Both the position numbers and the translations under genes were made by a program. A DNA stretch of 64,000 bases from the human T2T-CHM13v2.0 reference genome, Homo sapiens: NCBI RefSeq assembly GCF_009914755.1, contig NC_060926.1, one strand, 5' to 3'. Of this stretch, positions 13,892 to 27,745 are shown in pieces (position 1 is the first letter of the stretch; the number at the start of each line of letters is the position of its first letter). The notes under the pieces are model-generated. The model saw only the letters and a program-made list of their open reading frames with translations. It was not told where the DNA came from and did not search any database.

Positions 13892-14571
13892 TGAAACCAC
13901 CATTGCAAAATTACAACTGAGACAGTGAAACAGATCTGACCTAAGCAACTCCATGTTGCTTCTAACCTCCAAATTGTCCTTGTTCATTCCTGGGCGTAAG
14001 CTGAACTAACTCTGGGAATTACTTAGTTTATAGTTTAGAACAAAGACTGTAACATCCCTTTCCCAAAACAAACCTTCTTTTTGCGTGGGGACTAACCTGC
14101 CTTTGTAGGACTAACAAATTAGCCACAAGATTAAAAATTATAGTTTAGGAGTCATGCAGCTGGAGGCTACAAGATTCTGACCCTCCTTAAACTGCTCCTA
14201 GGATCAGTGCTTAAGATATTTTGCAGATCCTGCACTTGATAGATCAGGCAGGCCCCACCCAGAAGGATAAATGGCACATCTGATCTTGTGGCTCCCACTC
14301 AGGAACTGACTCAGTGGAAGAGGACAGCTTCAATTTCCTGATTTTACCTCTGACCCAACCAATCATCCCTCTCTACTCACTTGCCTTCCTCCAACACCAA
14401 ATTATCCTTAAAAACTCTGATTCCCAAAGGAGAGGCTAATTTGAGTAATAATAAAACTCCAGTCTCCCACACAGCCAGCTCTGGGTGAATTACTCTTTAT
14501 TGAAATTCCCCTCTCTTGATAAATTGGCTCTGTTTAGGCAGCGGGTAAGGTGAACTCATTGGGCAGTTACA
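13892..14571 (+). mobile_element. LTR8 (ERV1) full-length solo LTR
   Basis: TGAAACCaccattgcaaaattac...ttgggcagTTACA; perfect 4-bp TSD GTAC on both sides; AATAAA at ~14449; AP-1 site TGACTCA at 14307. Confidence 0.93.
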
Positions 14572-14729
14572 GTACAAACATAAAAAAGAAAGCATAGGAT
14601 GTTATGGAAAGGATCAGAGAGCTCTTGGAAACAAGTGAGATAGCTGAAACAACAACAATGGCAACAACAAAATGAGAGAATATTTGCAAAATAAAGAAAA
14701 AAAATCTTAGAACAGAATGATGATAATCT

Positions 14730-15338
14730 GTTTTTTTTTTGTTTTTTTTTGTTTTTTTTGTTTTTTTTAAACGGAGACTTGCTCTATCACCCAAGCTGGA
14801 GTGCAGTGGCGCAGTCTCGGCTCACTGCAGCCTCTGCTTTCCAGGTTCAAGCAATTGTCCTGCCTAAGCCTCCTGAGTAGCTGGGACTAGAAGGCGCACG
14901 CCACCATGCCCGGCTAAGTTTTTTTTTTTTTTTTTTTTTTTTTTTCTTCTAAGAGGGAGTTTCGCTCTTGTTGCCCAGACTGGAGTGCAATGGCGTGTGA
15001 CCTCAGCTCACTGCAACCTTCGTCTCCTGGTTTCAAGTGATTCTTCTGCCTCAGCCTCCTGAGTAGCTGGGGGTATAGGCACCTGCCACCATGCCTGGCT
15101 AATTTTTTTGTATCTTTAGTAGAGACAGGGTTTCACCATGTTGGCCAGGCTGGTCTTGAACTCCTGACCTCAGGTGATCCACCCACCTCGGCCTCCCAAA
15201 GTGCTAATTTTTGTGTTTTTATTAGAGACGGGGTTTCACCATCTTGGCCAGGTGGGACTCGATCTCCTGACCTTGTGATCTGCACACCTGGGCCTCCCAA
15301 AGTGCTGGCATTACAGGCGTGAGCCACTGCACCTGGCC
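14730..15338 (-). mobile_element. AluSc-like element (outer) split by a nested Alu
   Basis: Right monomer 14730-14918, left monomer 15206-15338 (tcgatctcctgaccttgtgatc); degenerate TSD atgatgataa/atgatgatta. Confidence 0.9.
14919..15205 (-). mobile_element. AluSq/Sp-like element nested in the A-rich linker of the outer Alu, 5'-truncated by ~30 nt
   Basis: gtttcgctcttgttgcccag, gcaatggc, cctcaggtgatcc; gctaa(g/t)tttt duplicated on both sides. Confidence 0.9.
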
Positions 15339-15599
15339 CATGATGATTAACTTTGGTCTTTTAAAACAGCTGCCAAGTTGCAACTAGAGATAAATAAATT
15401 TAAGTTCCAGTAAATCTGTTCTTCAAACTTTCTATTCTTTCTTGCTATTAGCTTGGTGCAAGAGTAATAGTGGTTTTTAATATTAATTTTAGGTTTCATC
15501 ATCCACCTAATTTTCCAAGATTATTCCTCTATACTTAGTCCCTTATTCAGGAACCAAAGTCTTCTTTTAATACTAATGAAAATCCACAAATTTAGGATT

Positions 15600-16030
15600 A
15601 TGTGAAAGATCTTAATTCTGCTAAAATGTAGGCACAGTTAAATCATAACCAGTCATTTTTCCTTAGCTTGCCTTTCTATAATCATTTACTGCTCCCGAGG
15701 TCACATGATTTGTAACTTCCCCAATTGCTCCTATAGATTACATCGCTACTCTCAAAACCTAAGATTGGTCTTTGAGGTATTTTTCAGACTTGTATTCTGG
15801 AGACTCACTGACTTCACCCAGACTCATGTCTTATACTAAGGAACCAGCTCAAGAAGGTCCTGAGAACCCCACCAAGAAACTAAGCCTGCAGAGATAATTT
15901 GGACATTCCCATGATTTTCTCCCCAACCAGTTAGCAGTACCCATTCCCTAGCCTCCTGCTTGCCAAATTATTTCTAAAAACCCTAGCCTCAGAGCTGTCC
16001 AGGTGACAACTTTGAGAACTGTCTCTTCTC
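15600..16030 (+). mobile_element. MER4-group ERV1 LTR (LTR8A-related), partial
   Basis: gatttgtaacttccccaattgctcctatagat...aaaacctaagattggtctttgag...cccattccctagcc...ccaaattatttctaaaaaccctagcctc. Confidence 0.75.
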
Positions 16031-17200
16031 TTGTTGTCTTTTTGAGATAGGTTGCTTGATAATATTTAGTCTACCCTTCAATTTCAAGCCAAGTTCCAAA
16101 ACCTTTTTAGATAGTCTTCTGTATGGCATCAATAATACTTTAATAAGAAAAAACAAGTAATGTGTTTTTTCTTATTATTGTGTAAGAAGTTTTAATTCAG
16201 CCACCATAATTAATCAAAATACTGCTTTTACATTGTAATTACTTTGTTAAGTGGAACATTTCCTTCTTAGTTTTATAATTTACATTAATATAATCTTCAA
16301 TTAGTTTCAGTAAATATTAATGGGAGGAAGTATAGCAGAAAATAATAATTCAACTCTTCCAATTGAGCTCTCAAAATTGATGAAATATATTATAGGAGGC
16401 ATTGAATTTTGGTAAGATGAACCAAATTGTCTAGAAATGTAATGGTAATTGATTTCATCAGATATTACAATTAAATCTTAATAGAATTTTTTTTTAAGAA
16501 AGAACTCAATACAAAAATATACAGAGGAGAAAGTGAGAATGTTCTAGCTTGCTAAATTCTTGGTTGCTATGTTTAAAAAAAATGGAAAATAGAGTTGATC
16601 CCATATATAATTTATCTGTACCAAAAATCTAGAAAAATTTAAATTTTGTATGTGTTTAAAATGTATATACTACTATATGTATTTTAAATTGACATTGGAA
16701 TTACCTTTGAGAAGAAGCTGTTTTTATATGGGTAAAAATTGTGATCAAATTTTAGATGAGAAAACAGAACAAATTTGAGAGGAGAAATCAAGACAAAGAG
16801 TCATTTTATATATTGAAAGGAATGATAGAAATTTTACCTTGCTTGCAGTATTATACTTCCACATCTGAAGAAATGGGCAGAGTGGAGGAAGGAAAATGGT
16901 CTAACAAATGTGCGGGAGTCTAAGGACTACTTGTTAATAGACAAGGGCATGATTAATATGTGATTATAAATACTTGCATTTTTAAAAGCTAAAGCTCCTC
17001 AATTATGCCAAATTTTCTAGTACATACACAAAAATGTTATGCTATGTAGTCTTTTAACATTTTTTAAAAGTATGCAACTGTGCATTGCAGTTATGCAAAA
17101 AGGGGAAGGGCTGAAAAATGTTCAGATAAGCCTGAGTCAAACAGAAACAGTATAGAAATTATAAAAAGTACATGCATTTATCAAGAGCCAGAATTTATAG

Positions 17201-17352
<152 letters not shown>

Positions 17353-18827
17353 AGGTTTAATTCAAAAATTGTAAAAATTTCTACCCTCATTTCCTGGAGT
17401 TTCTGAATAAATAGAAATTTATAAAATGATAATCAATGTAATTTGGGGAAAGATTGGTCAAATGATTTGAGCCTCATGTAATGATGAAGATGCTAACAGT
17501 AGTTGTAGAGCATCAACAACATCAATAACATTCAGTAAATTTTAAATAGAGGTTGGATTAGATTGTATTTTTTTTATCAAGTATGTTTCCTTTCTTTAGT
17601 CATGGTAACAATGACAATGAAATTTCCACAAGAGGTAGCATTTATTTAGGTTTTAAAATTTGGTTCCTGGTAGCATTAGGACCAAGGTTCTGTGATTTTG
17701 AAATGACCACAAGAGTGTAATTGGGTACTATAGTAGATTAGTTGAGTAAGAATATTGTCATAAAAACTAAATATGTATTAAAACAAATACTTATTTCATA
17801 TATATTCCCAGAATCTAATTTCACCTTTGAAATAATCCATGAAACTTATTTTTCATGGAAAGCTTGTGTTTTGAGTATAAGAGGGCAAGGTGCATAAGGT
17901 TCTGGAGATAGATTATAGTAGTTCAATTCAGAGGTTGCCTTTGTGTAGAATTAGGACACAGCCTTGGAGACAGAGAAAGTCAGATTCTTTAAAAAACCAT
18001 TTTAAAGTCAATACTGTTTACCCAAAGAAACTATTTAATTACACATATAAATACTGCAAAATTTAAAATAAATTTATAATAAGCATAATAATCCTAAATT
18101 TCCCTATAAATTTTTTCAGACAAATTATCCACATTTTTCTGTACTAATCTATAGTTCTTTTCCTGGAATGATCTGATTTTCTTGAGAGGAAGTTAAGTGT
18201 TAGCAAGATGCTTTCTTTTTTTTTTTTCTTCTACTGTGATAAAAAAAGTATTTTTTCGGAAATAGCAGAGAAAGGAAAGTTGGCAGTAATTCCTATTGGC
18301 TCCTTGTCACTTGGGAGACAGCAGATATATATTTGTACTCTGGACAAAAGTGAGAGTTTGTAGGTCAATGTTGGGAAAATTTTTAAGCAGAATACAAATT
18401 GAAAAGGTCATTTAAGATTAAAAGAATCACTATTTTGTAGCTATATTTACTTTTTTGGTATTTTTTTTCTCACACTTGGTTATTCTTTTTATCTTTCATT
18501 CCCCAGGCTTCTCCCCTTTATCCTCCCAACCCAAGTTTGCTTCATGTGCCACAGAAGCCAGTTAGAAAAACATAGTTGTAATGCAAATGTGAAAGGCCAA
18601 ATTTTGATAAAGTCCGTTTATTTTAACCATTTTATTTATCGAAAATAGGTTTTTTTTTTTTTAAATCCTAGCATTTTGAACAGGATTAGTAATACCCAGT
18701 TTAATCTTCTAATATTTTTTAGCGGCATAAGTAGTTTTGGTCATGAAAATAAAAAGTGAATATAAAAACAACTGGATACCTTGTCTAAAAATAATCTTTA
18801 TCATTATTTCATTTATGAATAAGATAA

Positions 18828-19125
<298 letters not shown>

Positions 19126-19144
19126 CATTCTGAAAAAATCTCTG

Positions 19145-20112
19145 AATAAGTACTGCAATGGCTAGGAAAAATGAAATTGCAATATCAAATGCTGTTAAGG
19201 AGGCAGAGTCCCAAGAACATTTTCTTTGCTTGTGACAATGGTACAGCCACTTTGGAAAAACAATTTGGTAGTTATTATAAGGTTAAACATACTTTTACCA
19301 TATAATCTAGCAATTGTAGTATTCACTATTACTCAGGACCATTAACTTATGCTAATACAAAAACCTATTTGCAGGTGTTTAAATCATCTTTTTATGAACT
19401 CCAAAATTTAGAAGCAACTAATACATCCTTCAACAGATCAATGGAATTTTAAAAAAATCTATGGTACATCCATACAGAGGAATGAACAATTTATTCACAT
19501 AAAAATGAACCTTAAATGTGTTTTTAAGGATAATAATTTAGACCCAAAAGGCTACATATTTTGTGATTGTGTTTATATGATATTCTGCAAACAGCTAAAT
19601 TTTTGGAACAGAATAAAAGACCTGTTGCTGTCAGGGGTTAGGGGAAGAAGGAGCAATTGACTATAAATTGGTTGCTTAAAAAAATGTCTAGGGTGGTGAA
19701 ATTGTTCTGTATAATATGGTGGTGGTAGATATGTTACTCTATGCATGTGATTGACTTTTACTGTATGTATTTTTTAATGAAGATGTAGGAACTGAATATA
19801 GAAAGCATATGGTGAGAAATAAATCTAACTAAATTAAAATGTATGACAATCTTTATTGAAGGCAGTGAGAAAAAAAAACAGTGGGAAAATGTGTAGATAC
19901 TATAAGACTAAAGACAAAAAGAACATCAGTAGAAAAACTGGAGAAATGTGAATAAAGTACTTACTTTAGGCAATTATAGTGAACCAATGTCAACTTCTGA
20001 AATTTGATAAAGAAACCATTGTCTTGCAAGTTGCTAACTTTTTGGGAAGTGGGAGGATTGGAATATAGTAACTGTATAATCTTTGCAAGTCTCCAGTAAA
20101 TCTAAAATTATT
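19145..20112 (+). mobile_element. L1MC/L1MD-type 3' end
   Basis: ggtacagccactttggaaaaacaatttgg...gacccaaaaggctacata...ataagactaaagacaaaaagaac...gtaaatctaaaatta. Confidence 0.8.
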
Positions 20113-20164
20113 TTTATGGAAATAATACATAGTAGTGATTCTTTTTTAACATATAAAATGTAGG

Positions 20165-21500
20165 TCAGTTGATCCATCTTAAAAATCTGCTGAGACTTTT
20201 TGATAAGAATGCATTAAATGTGTAGGTCAGTTTGGGGTGCATTGCCATTTATAATTGTAAGTCTTCTATCCTTTGGCATAGTATATCTCTCTATTCATTC
20301 TGGCCTTCTTTAATTTCTATCAGCAATGTTTTGTAACTTTCATTTTATAGGTCTTACACAATTTTTGTTAATTTATTTAAAAATATTTTATTTTTAAAAC
20401 TTTTTAAATGGAATCGTTAAGTCTTTCATCCTTTCTAATTTTCCATCTACGTGTTCCATTAATCATTGCTTCTTTTTTTGCCGCCTCAAATCTGTTCAGG
20501 AGTCCATCTGTTATTTATCTTCATTTCAATTGTTGTACTTCTCAGATGTAACTTTTACTTCTTTTTCATAACTATATTAGTAGCTTTAAAAATCAGTGTC
20601 TGATAAATCCAATATCTGGGCTCACTTGAAGCTAGTTTTTATTGGCTGCCATTGCTATTTGGTACTATATTCTCATATTTTCCTGTTTATTTTCATGTTT
20701 AATAGTTTTTTGGTTAAAACTAAACATTTTAGTTAATATAGTAATTCTGAACTGTCTTTTATTTTTCTGAAGGTCATGATTGTTTTTATAAATGTTATCA
20801 CCCAATAGGTTCTTTTTTTTGCCTCCTAGTCTATATAAAACTTTTGCCTTCTGCTGAGCTGGCTGTTTATAAATAAAGAAATACATTGAAATTCTGAGAC
20901 AGTTATCAATTTCTCTTAGATTTTACTTGACTCTTTCAGGTCATGCCCATGAGTTTATACATATACAACTATAGAATGTGTAGTTATCTAGATATGGGTT
21001 TAGAACTTCTTTCAACTCTTCTGTGGATCTGTCACTTCTAGGTCTCACTATTAAAATCCTGCCTTGTCTTTGGCCCTTTGAGAACTCAGAATACAATCCT
21101 GAACTAGAATACCTGTCAAATTTCTCCATCTCTTTCAAACTGCAGTCTGCCAATTTTAGTTGGCAAAGTTATGGGCTTATCCCCTGTTCCCATTCCAAAT
21201 CTAGCCTGCCACCCACAACAGTAAAGCTGCTGGGTTTACCATAAACCCAAAGCCTGTAAAGCTATAGTTTTCCATGACCAAGCAAGGAGTGGAGCAGAAG
21301 AGGGCAGAAACAGCTCCAGGCAAGATGGTGATAGATTCAGCCTGTATTTTCTCAATCTTTTAGCAGCTTTTAAACAGCAAATGCTTCTCAATTTTTTGTC
21401 TCACTGCTCAATATTTAGTGCCTCTAAGTCATTATTATTTTCAGTGTTGTCAAGTTTCCTATGTGTTTTCAGTAAAGGGGAATCGCCCTATACCTTCTCT
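20165..21500 (-). mobile_element. Old L1M fragments (ORF2 piece followed by a 5'/ORF1-region piece)
   Basis: gcattaaatgtgtaggtcagtttgggg...ttctttaatttctatcagcaatgttttgtaa; tgtctgataaatccaatatctgggctc. Confidence 0.65.
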
Positions 21501-21850
21501 TCACCATTATGTGAAGTACTCTAGTTAATTCCGTTTAAATTCTAATGAAAATGAAATTGACTTAAGGAGAAAGTCTAACCTTGGTGCTAGTATGCCTTTA
21601 GTACTTCTCTAAAATTTTTACTTTGACTCATTTTTTATGGACTGAGGAAGACTTCAGTTTCAGAACTTAGGAGGTTATAGAAAAGATTTTATTTGCATTT
21701 TATTATTTGTAGTTTTATTTATATGTGGCATTAGATTAACATTTAATTGTAGTGATATAAAATATTATTTTAAAAACACAAGTCACAGTGGTAAAAAGTT
21801 AAAGAAAAAAACATTAAACTATTAATAGTACAAGTTCCTGGGTAATATAC

Positions 21851-22274
21851 TGTAATGGTTAATTTTATATATGAACTTGTCTAGGATAGGGTACCCAGAT
21901 ATTTGATCAAATATTATTCTAGATGTTTTTGTGAGGATGTTTTTGGGTGAGATTTGCTTTTGCAATGGCAAGCTTCAAGTAAAGCAGATTGCCCTCCATA
22001 ATATGGGTGGGCCTTATACAATCAACTAAAGGCCTAAATAGAGCAAAAGGCTGACTTCCCATCAGCAAGAGAGAATTCCCTAGAAGTCTGCCTTCATACT
22101 TCATCTGCACCTTGTTCTCTAGCAGACTGCTTATAGATTTTAACTGAAACTCTCTCCCGAATCTTTAATCTGCCACCCTCCCCCATCAAATTTTGCAGTC
22201 AAAAGCTTCCACAGTCATGAGTCAAGTTCTTAAAATCTCTCTCTCTTTCTGTCTCTGCAGAACCCTGACATACA
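21851..22274 (+). mobile_element. MLT2 (ERVL) solo LTR
   Basis: tgtaatggttaattttat...gtaaagcagattgccctccataatatgggtgggcc...cagcaagagagaattc...gaaccctgaca. Confidence 0.9.
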
Positions 22275-23007
22275 TATATTTATATATGTGTGTGTGTGTA
22301 TATAGGCATACATACATACACACAAATCACGAAATTGGTGTGGATTTTTTTGTTTTGTTATTTTATCAGAAAGATACAGCTATTTTGATAGTGGAACACA
22401 TGTCACTGAATTTAATCTAAACCATGCTAAATTATGACACACACAAACAAACATTAATTTGGCTACAACCTAACGTTCTATAGTTTCCTGTTTTTATCAA
22501 TTCTCATCAAATTATTTTATATGCACTTTGTCATACTAGGGAGAGATACAGTTAGAGATAATAAGAGACTCAGAACTGCCTGCACTGTCAAAAAGTAGAC
22601 AGACATAGGGAACATATGTACTTCTAGGCTGTCTGATATCTAACATCAACTGTACTCAAAGATGGTGAATTTGCTTTTAGAAAAGTTAGAATTTGGGGAG
22701 GATTTAAATAATAAAAATTAATCAATTATAATATGAATAAAAACTGAGATTAAAACTTTTATCTATCCTCTTTATACTGCTAACAGAATTGGAAACATGA
22801 GTAGTCAATAAATATTAATTTCATTTAAATGATGAATAATAGAAGTAAAAATGGAATTAGATATTGGAACTGCCTTGTCTATCTTACCGTTGAATAAAAA
22901 CAAAAGCCAGCCTAATTGGTTTTTTTGTTTATGATTTTCAAATCATAAATGACCAAATAGGACATCAATGTTGGTCATTTTTTTTCATACTGTGTAAGTC
23001 CATTCTT

Positions 23008-23090
23008 GACAATGCAATAGCCAGTTATTTTTTAAAACTTACAGGATTTTAAATATAGGACATGCAACAGCCAGTTATTTTTTAAAATTT
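23008..23090. repeat. ~32-bp direct repeat with a 50-bp period
   Basis: atgcaatagccagttattttttaaaa / atgcaacagccagttattttttaaaa. Confidence 0.9.
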
Positions 23091-23864
23091 CTGATTTCCC
23101 ATCAATAAGAAAAAAAAAAGGAATTGAATTGTTTACCTTGACATTGAGCACGCAAATTTATTTGGTTTGTTTTCTCAGTAAACTTGCAACCAACTGTATA
23201 AAATTAGCTTATATTTTGATAAAGAATTGCTGATACTTATAGCAATATTAAAATCAAGCAGTTTATTCTCAAATGGGTTGAGATTATCGTGATTTTTACC
23301 GTGCCTACCCTTTTGCTGCTACCCCCTCCTCGGTCTACGTACATATTTTAGTACTCTAGGCAAAGATATTGTATTTTAAGTTTGAAAAAAGAAATGCTTG
23401 TAAAGTAAGAAAATGCAATTTCTTATCTGTCAATTCAGCATTCTCCCAAAAGATTTATTAAGTTCTTCTATATTAGCATTTACTGAGCACTTGATATTTG
23501 CAAAATATTTCAGTTGTTTTAATTGCTTACTACAAATATAAATGCACTGAATTACTATCTTGGTATAATCACAAAAAACTCACAGGAATAAACCTGCTTG
23601 ATGTTTTTAAAGTGCTAACGTGGTACTCAGATTACATTTTATAAATTAAAAATAAGAAACATCATAATACTTTCTATTTTTTTCAGTGAACTTCTATTTA
23701 TTTCTTTATTTGTTGGTTGGTTTGTTTATTTGATTACATCGTACTGGTATGTTAACTCTTAGGAGGCAAGAAATACTAAGTTTGCATTACGTAGTATTGT
23801 GTACAATGATAAATTAATCTTTCAGTTAATCACACTTTTTAGCCCTGAAAGAAGCTACTAATAT

Positions 23865-24603
23865 TGTCCTGGGCATGAAGGACAAAAGAAGATCTACCTC
23901 CCAAGATTCCTTCACCCTCCAAAATAGAGGTCAGTAACTTTCTCAAGCAGAACTGTGAAGGGAGTAAAGGCTGCTTTACAAGCAGGGATAAAGATGGAAT
24001 ATGAGCATCTCCATTGAAATTGGAATAAAATGAGATTGGCTACTCATTTTAAAAGCCCACCCAAGTAAACCCAGGCTGACCTGGGAAAGTATCCTGGTCC
24101 CCAGAGATCAGAATGAAAGAGACCATTGCAAAGAGAGAAGAGTGGTTGGAAAGCTCCCTCCTTAAAACCTGTATCCTAGGAAATGACTGCCTCTACCAGC
24201 TCAGTAAAAAGGAGGCCAGGAAAGTAACCTGCTGTGTACCCTTTGAGAACTACCTTCTGCTGCCTGCAGTGAACTTGCCTACAGGCAAAGAGAATTCTGT
24301 GGCTATTTTAACTGTATCTAGTTTACTTTCAGGAGTATTTAGTGCCTGGAACAAAAATAAGTAGAACAAAGGAATACCCTAGGAGTGTGATCACAACAGC
24401 AAGCTGCCGGCCACATCCTGGGCCATACACTTATTAGCCTTGGCATAATAAATGATGTAGTGTGACAGAGGGGGAGTTTTAGAGTATCAAATTGAAAGGA
24501 CTGCCATTCCAGAGCTCTAAGCATTTTTCTTCTACCCTTTCTGAATGGATAGAAGTAGGTCTTTACCTGAGTAAAATATGAATGTGAATAATGTGCCACT
24601 ACA
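23865..24603. mobile_element. Possible ancient LTR (unclassified)
   Basis: ~740-bp block with higher GC than its flanks, ending in ...gtgccactaca; family not recognised. Confidence 0.3.
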
Positions 24604-26867
24604 AATTAATAAGGATATATCAAGGATATAGTGGAAATAAAAGAAAAGCTATTCCATATAGGACTGTAATATAACATGTGCTTCAAAGCTTGGATTTTTA
24701 AAAGAATCAAACAAAATCTCACTTAATTTTCAAAATTTAGTTATAATTCTAAAAAATGTGATTTTTGTATATTTATTATTCACACTAGTGTGGGAGCTCA
24801 TTAGAAGAGAAGCTTGATCTAAAAGGTAAAACAATTGAGAGCCAAGTGGACGATGGAAATCGATAAGAAGCAATGGCATTTGCAGGAGGCATGGGCATTC
24901 ATTGTAGGGACAGGCAGTCCTTTATGCCTCTAACATTCTGAAGTACTGTATCACATAACAACACTGAGTTTCGTGAATAGTTTACATTCATGGGATAGGT
25001 TTTCTCTTGATAAAATGAAGGAACCGTGCAGAATATTAAAACAGTTTCTTTCAGTGCAATAACAACAACAACTCATTTTCATACTAAAATGTCATTAGAA
25101 AAAAATTATTCAGTGGCAGAATTATTGATAATATCAATGAATAAGTAAAAAGGTAGTGATTCATATCTTGAATTAAACAGTTAATTATATATTGCATTTA
25201 GAAAAAAATGATGCAGATTTTGGCAGCCAAAAACATATCTGTAATAAAAATTCTAATGAGGTATTGTGATATGCACTATAAGGAAATATAGCTTAAAATC
25301 TTCACCATCATTATCAACGTGCTTTTTAGATTGAGAGCCTTTGGTACAGTATACACATGCATATAGGTAGTATAATCCCTTCCTTCCACATTACCTCCCT
25401 ACATATGTGTGTAGGTAGTATCTGTCTCCAACTCTTCACAGAACTTTGAAAATTGTATATTAGTATTTTAGTTTTCAATTTATTTTTTTAATCTCATTTT
25501 TTAAGTTTCCAATTCGAATCTCCTCTTGTATTGACAAATGTCTACTCTATTCTTAATTCAAGTAACATGGTTATATAATGGATTTCAAGACTGAAGCAGA
25601 CTTATCCTGCACATATCAAGTATACATTATAAAACATTCTGTTTAAATGTTTTTATTAAAAATGCATACTAATATTTTTGAAATGCTGTTTGCATGTATC
25701 ATATGTATATAATTCTTCTGTGTCTTTATCCATCAATGTATGAAAAACAGAGGAAAATGGGAAGTAAGGTAATAAATACCAGGATAAACAGATAAGGATG
25801 TAAAAATCACTGTACAAATTCTGAAGCCACGAACTAATAAGACAGCTTTTAGCTTTCTTAACAAAACAAAACATTGAAATCTATCTCTATTCCTCTCTCC
25901 CCATCACTGTCTCTTTCTTTCACATGCATGGCTCTGAATATAAATCTTTCCATAATAATTTAAATCAATATAGACTTTAATGAAATGTAGGTGTGATTTG
26001 TGGCTGCTAGTTTTATGTGTGCTCATGACTTCTAAGCGGCTGCTGTGAGACATAAAAGACAGATCGAATAGCATGAGAAAGACAGATTTTTGAGAACATC
26101 AGGATAGGGTATTAGCTATGAAGCACTAGATGTCTGATAAAAATATGCCCTGAGGGCCCAGCCCAATTAAACACCTTTAAGGAAATGAGGTATTTCAGAT
26201 TAGTTTTGCAGAGATGCTGACAATTTCCTTCAAGTAGTTAACCAAATTCAGCTGAATTGCATTGCCATAGACAAATAGTGAATCTACTGCTTCTGGCCTG
26301 ATAGACTAAAGAGACTGTGTTGATGCATTAAAAGCTTCTTGAATAAATTTTTATTTATTTGCCCTTTTAATTGCTGACCTCTCAACAGGCAAAGTAAATT
26401 TTTTAGGATACAAAATAAATCATACACTATAACAGATGTCTTCAACCCTAGGTATGCCTACTCTCAAGGAATAAAAAGATGTTCCAAAGAATATGTAGCA
26501 CTGATACTTTACTGAGTATTGTGTTCCAGATCTTTAACTTCCTAACGTATTTCTGTCTAAAACTGATGTGTTGAAAGTTCTGAAGTTTAGATTTACCAAT
26601 GGTTCCGAAGTTTCTTTTCCATTTTGCACAATTGCCTTTTTTTCCCCAAGCTTCCAAAGAAGGACAAATTGATCAACCTCGCAGAGTCCTATCCACAGTC
26701 TCATCGATATTCGTGGGCACCCATCAACAAAAGGACAAAAAAGAATGCATAGCTCCTGAGGAAGGGTATAGTGGCAGCAAAGCAACATGATCTGGTTAAA
26801 AAATAACTGAGAATCAGTAACAGTCTCATCATAGAGCTCTGTGTACCATATCTATCTACCTGTCTCT

Positions 26868-26962
26868 TGTCTTGACCATCTCTCTCTCTTTCTCTCTCTC
26901 TGCCTTTCTCTCTCTCCCCATCTTTATCTTCATTCTATTTGCCATCTATCTATCATCTATCT
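26868..26962. repeat. CT-rich/(TCTA)n low-complexity tract
   Basis: Direct inspection. Confidence 0.8.
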
Positions 26963-27569
26963 TAGAATTTGAATTCAGAAAGGAGATGTGATTGGACTTG
27001 TATTAGCACAATCATTTTAAAGTGAATCCCACTATGAAATGTTAAATGTGATGAAGTCAGGCTTTTTGTGAAAGAAAGTAAACTTGTTTGGCTGGTCATT
27101 TGCCCAGGAGAAATGCAGGGCAAATGGATTTGACACTGATTGTTTTCCATAAGTTTAATGAAAAACTTTCTAAACAAATGTTCATAATAAAATAACAATA
27201 ACAACAGCAACAATAATGATAATATTTACAGCACATATCCAAAAATGCTAGAAATCCATCTTTCTAATTAAAGTTAATGGCAAAAAATGCAGCAATCACT
27301 TTAAACGTGCAGGTCATGTACATTACTGAAAATTTTTAAGGAGCTCAGGAGCCAAAGTTTATGTGGAATGCTTTTTTTCTCATTTGGTTCTTGAACGTAC
27401 TTGGTTTCTGACAGTATTTTAAAATTAATTAATTAATTTTAGATGAGTACATCATTACTCAAGGAAAGAATAGAAATCACGGGATTTGCGCTGGAACATA
27501 CACTACAGGGAACACATTAATTTGTAAATTGCTATGAAATCCAAATACATGACACACTATTTTGGACTC

Positions 27570-27745
27570 ATAGTACATTCGTTTGGAAAAGAACTTAGAA
27601 ATATAATCCAACCCTCTTCTTTAGTGGTCAAGAAAACTGAGGCTGATAGAGAAGTCAGCTACCCATAGTCACAGGTACTGTTGGTCGCAGAGTTGGGACT
27701 TCAGCTCTGGATTTCTGACTAATTTTCTTCTTTCCACTCCACCAA
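27570..27745 (-). mobile_element. MIR SINE
   Basis: aagaaaactgaggctg...cccatagtcacagg...gcagagttgggacttcagctctggatttctgact. Confidence 0.75.

Noticed and set aside
16838-16864. 27-nt minus-strand micro-exon candidate (ttcttcag|ATG...AAG|gtaaaa)
   Set aside because: Moderate donor and no supporting context; expected by chance in 64 kb.
23008-23090. Repeat-spacer-repeat pattern as CRISPR-like
   Set aside because: Only two copies, eukaryotic context and no cas genes.
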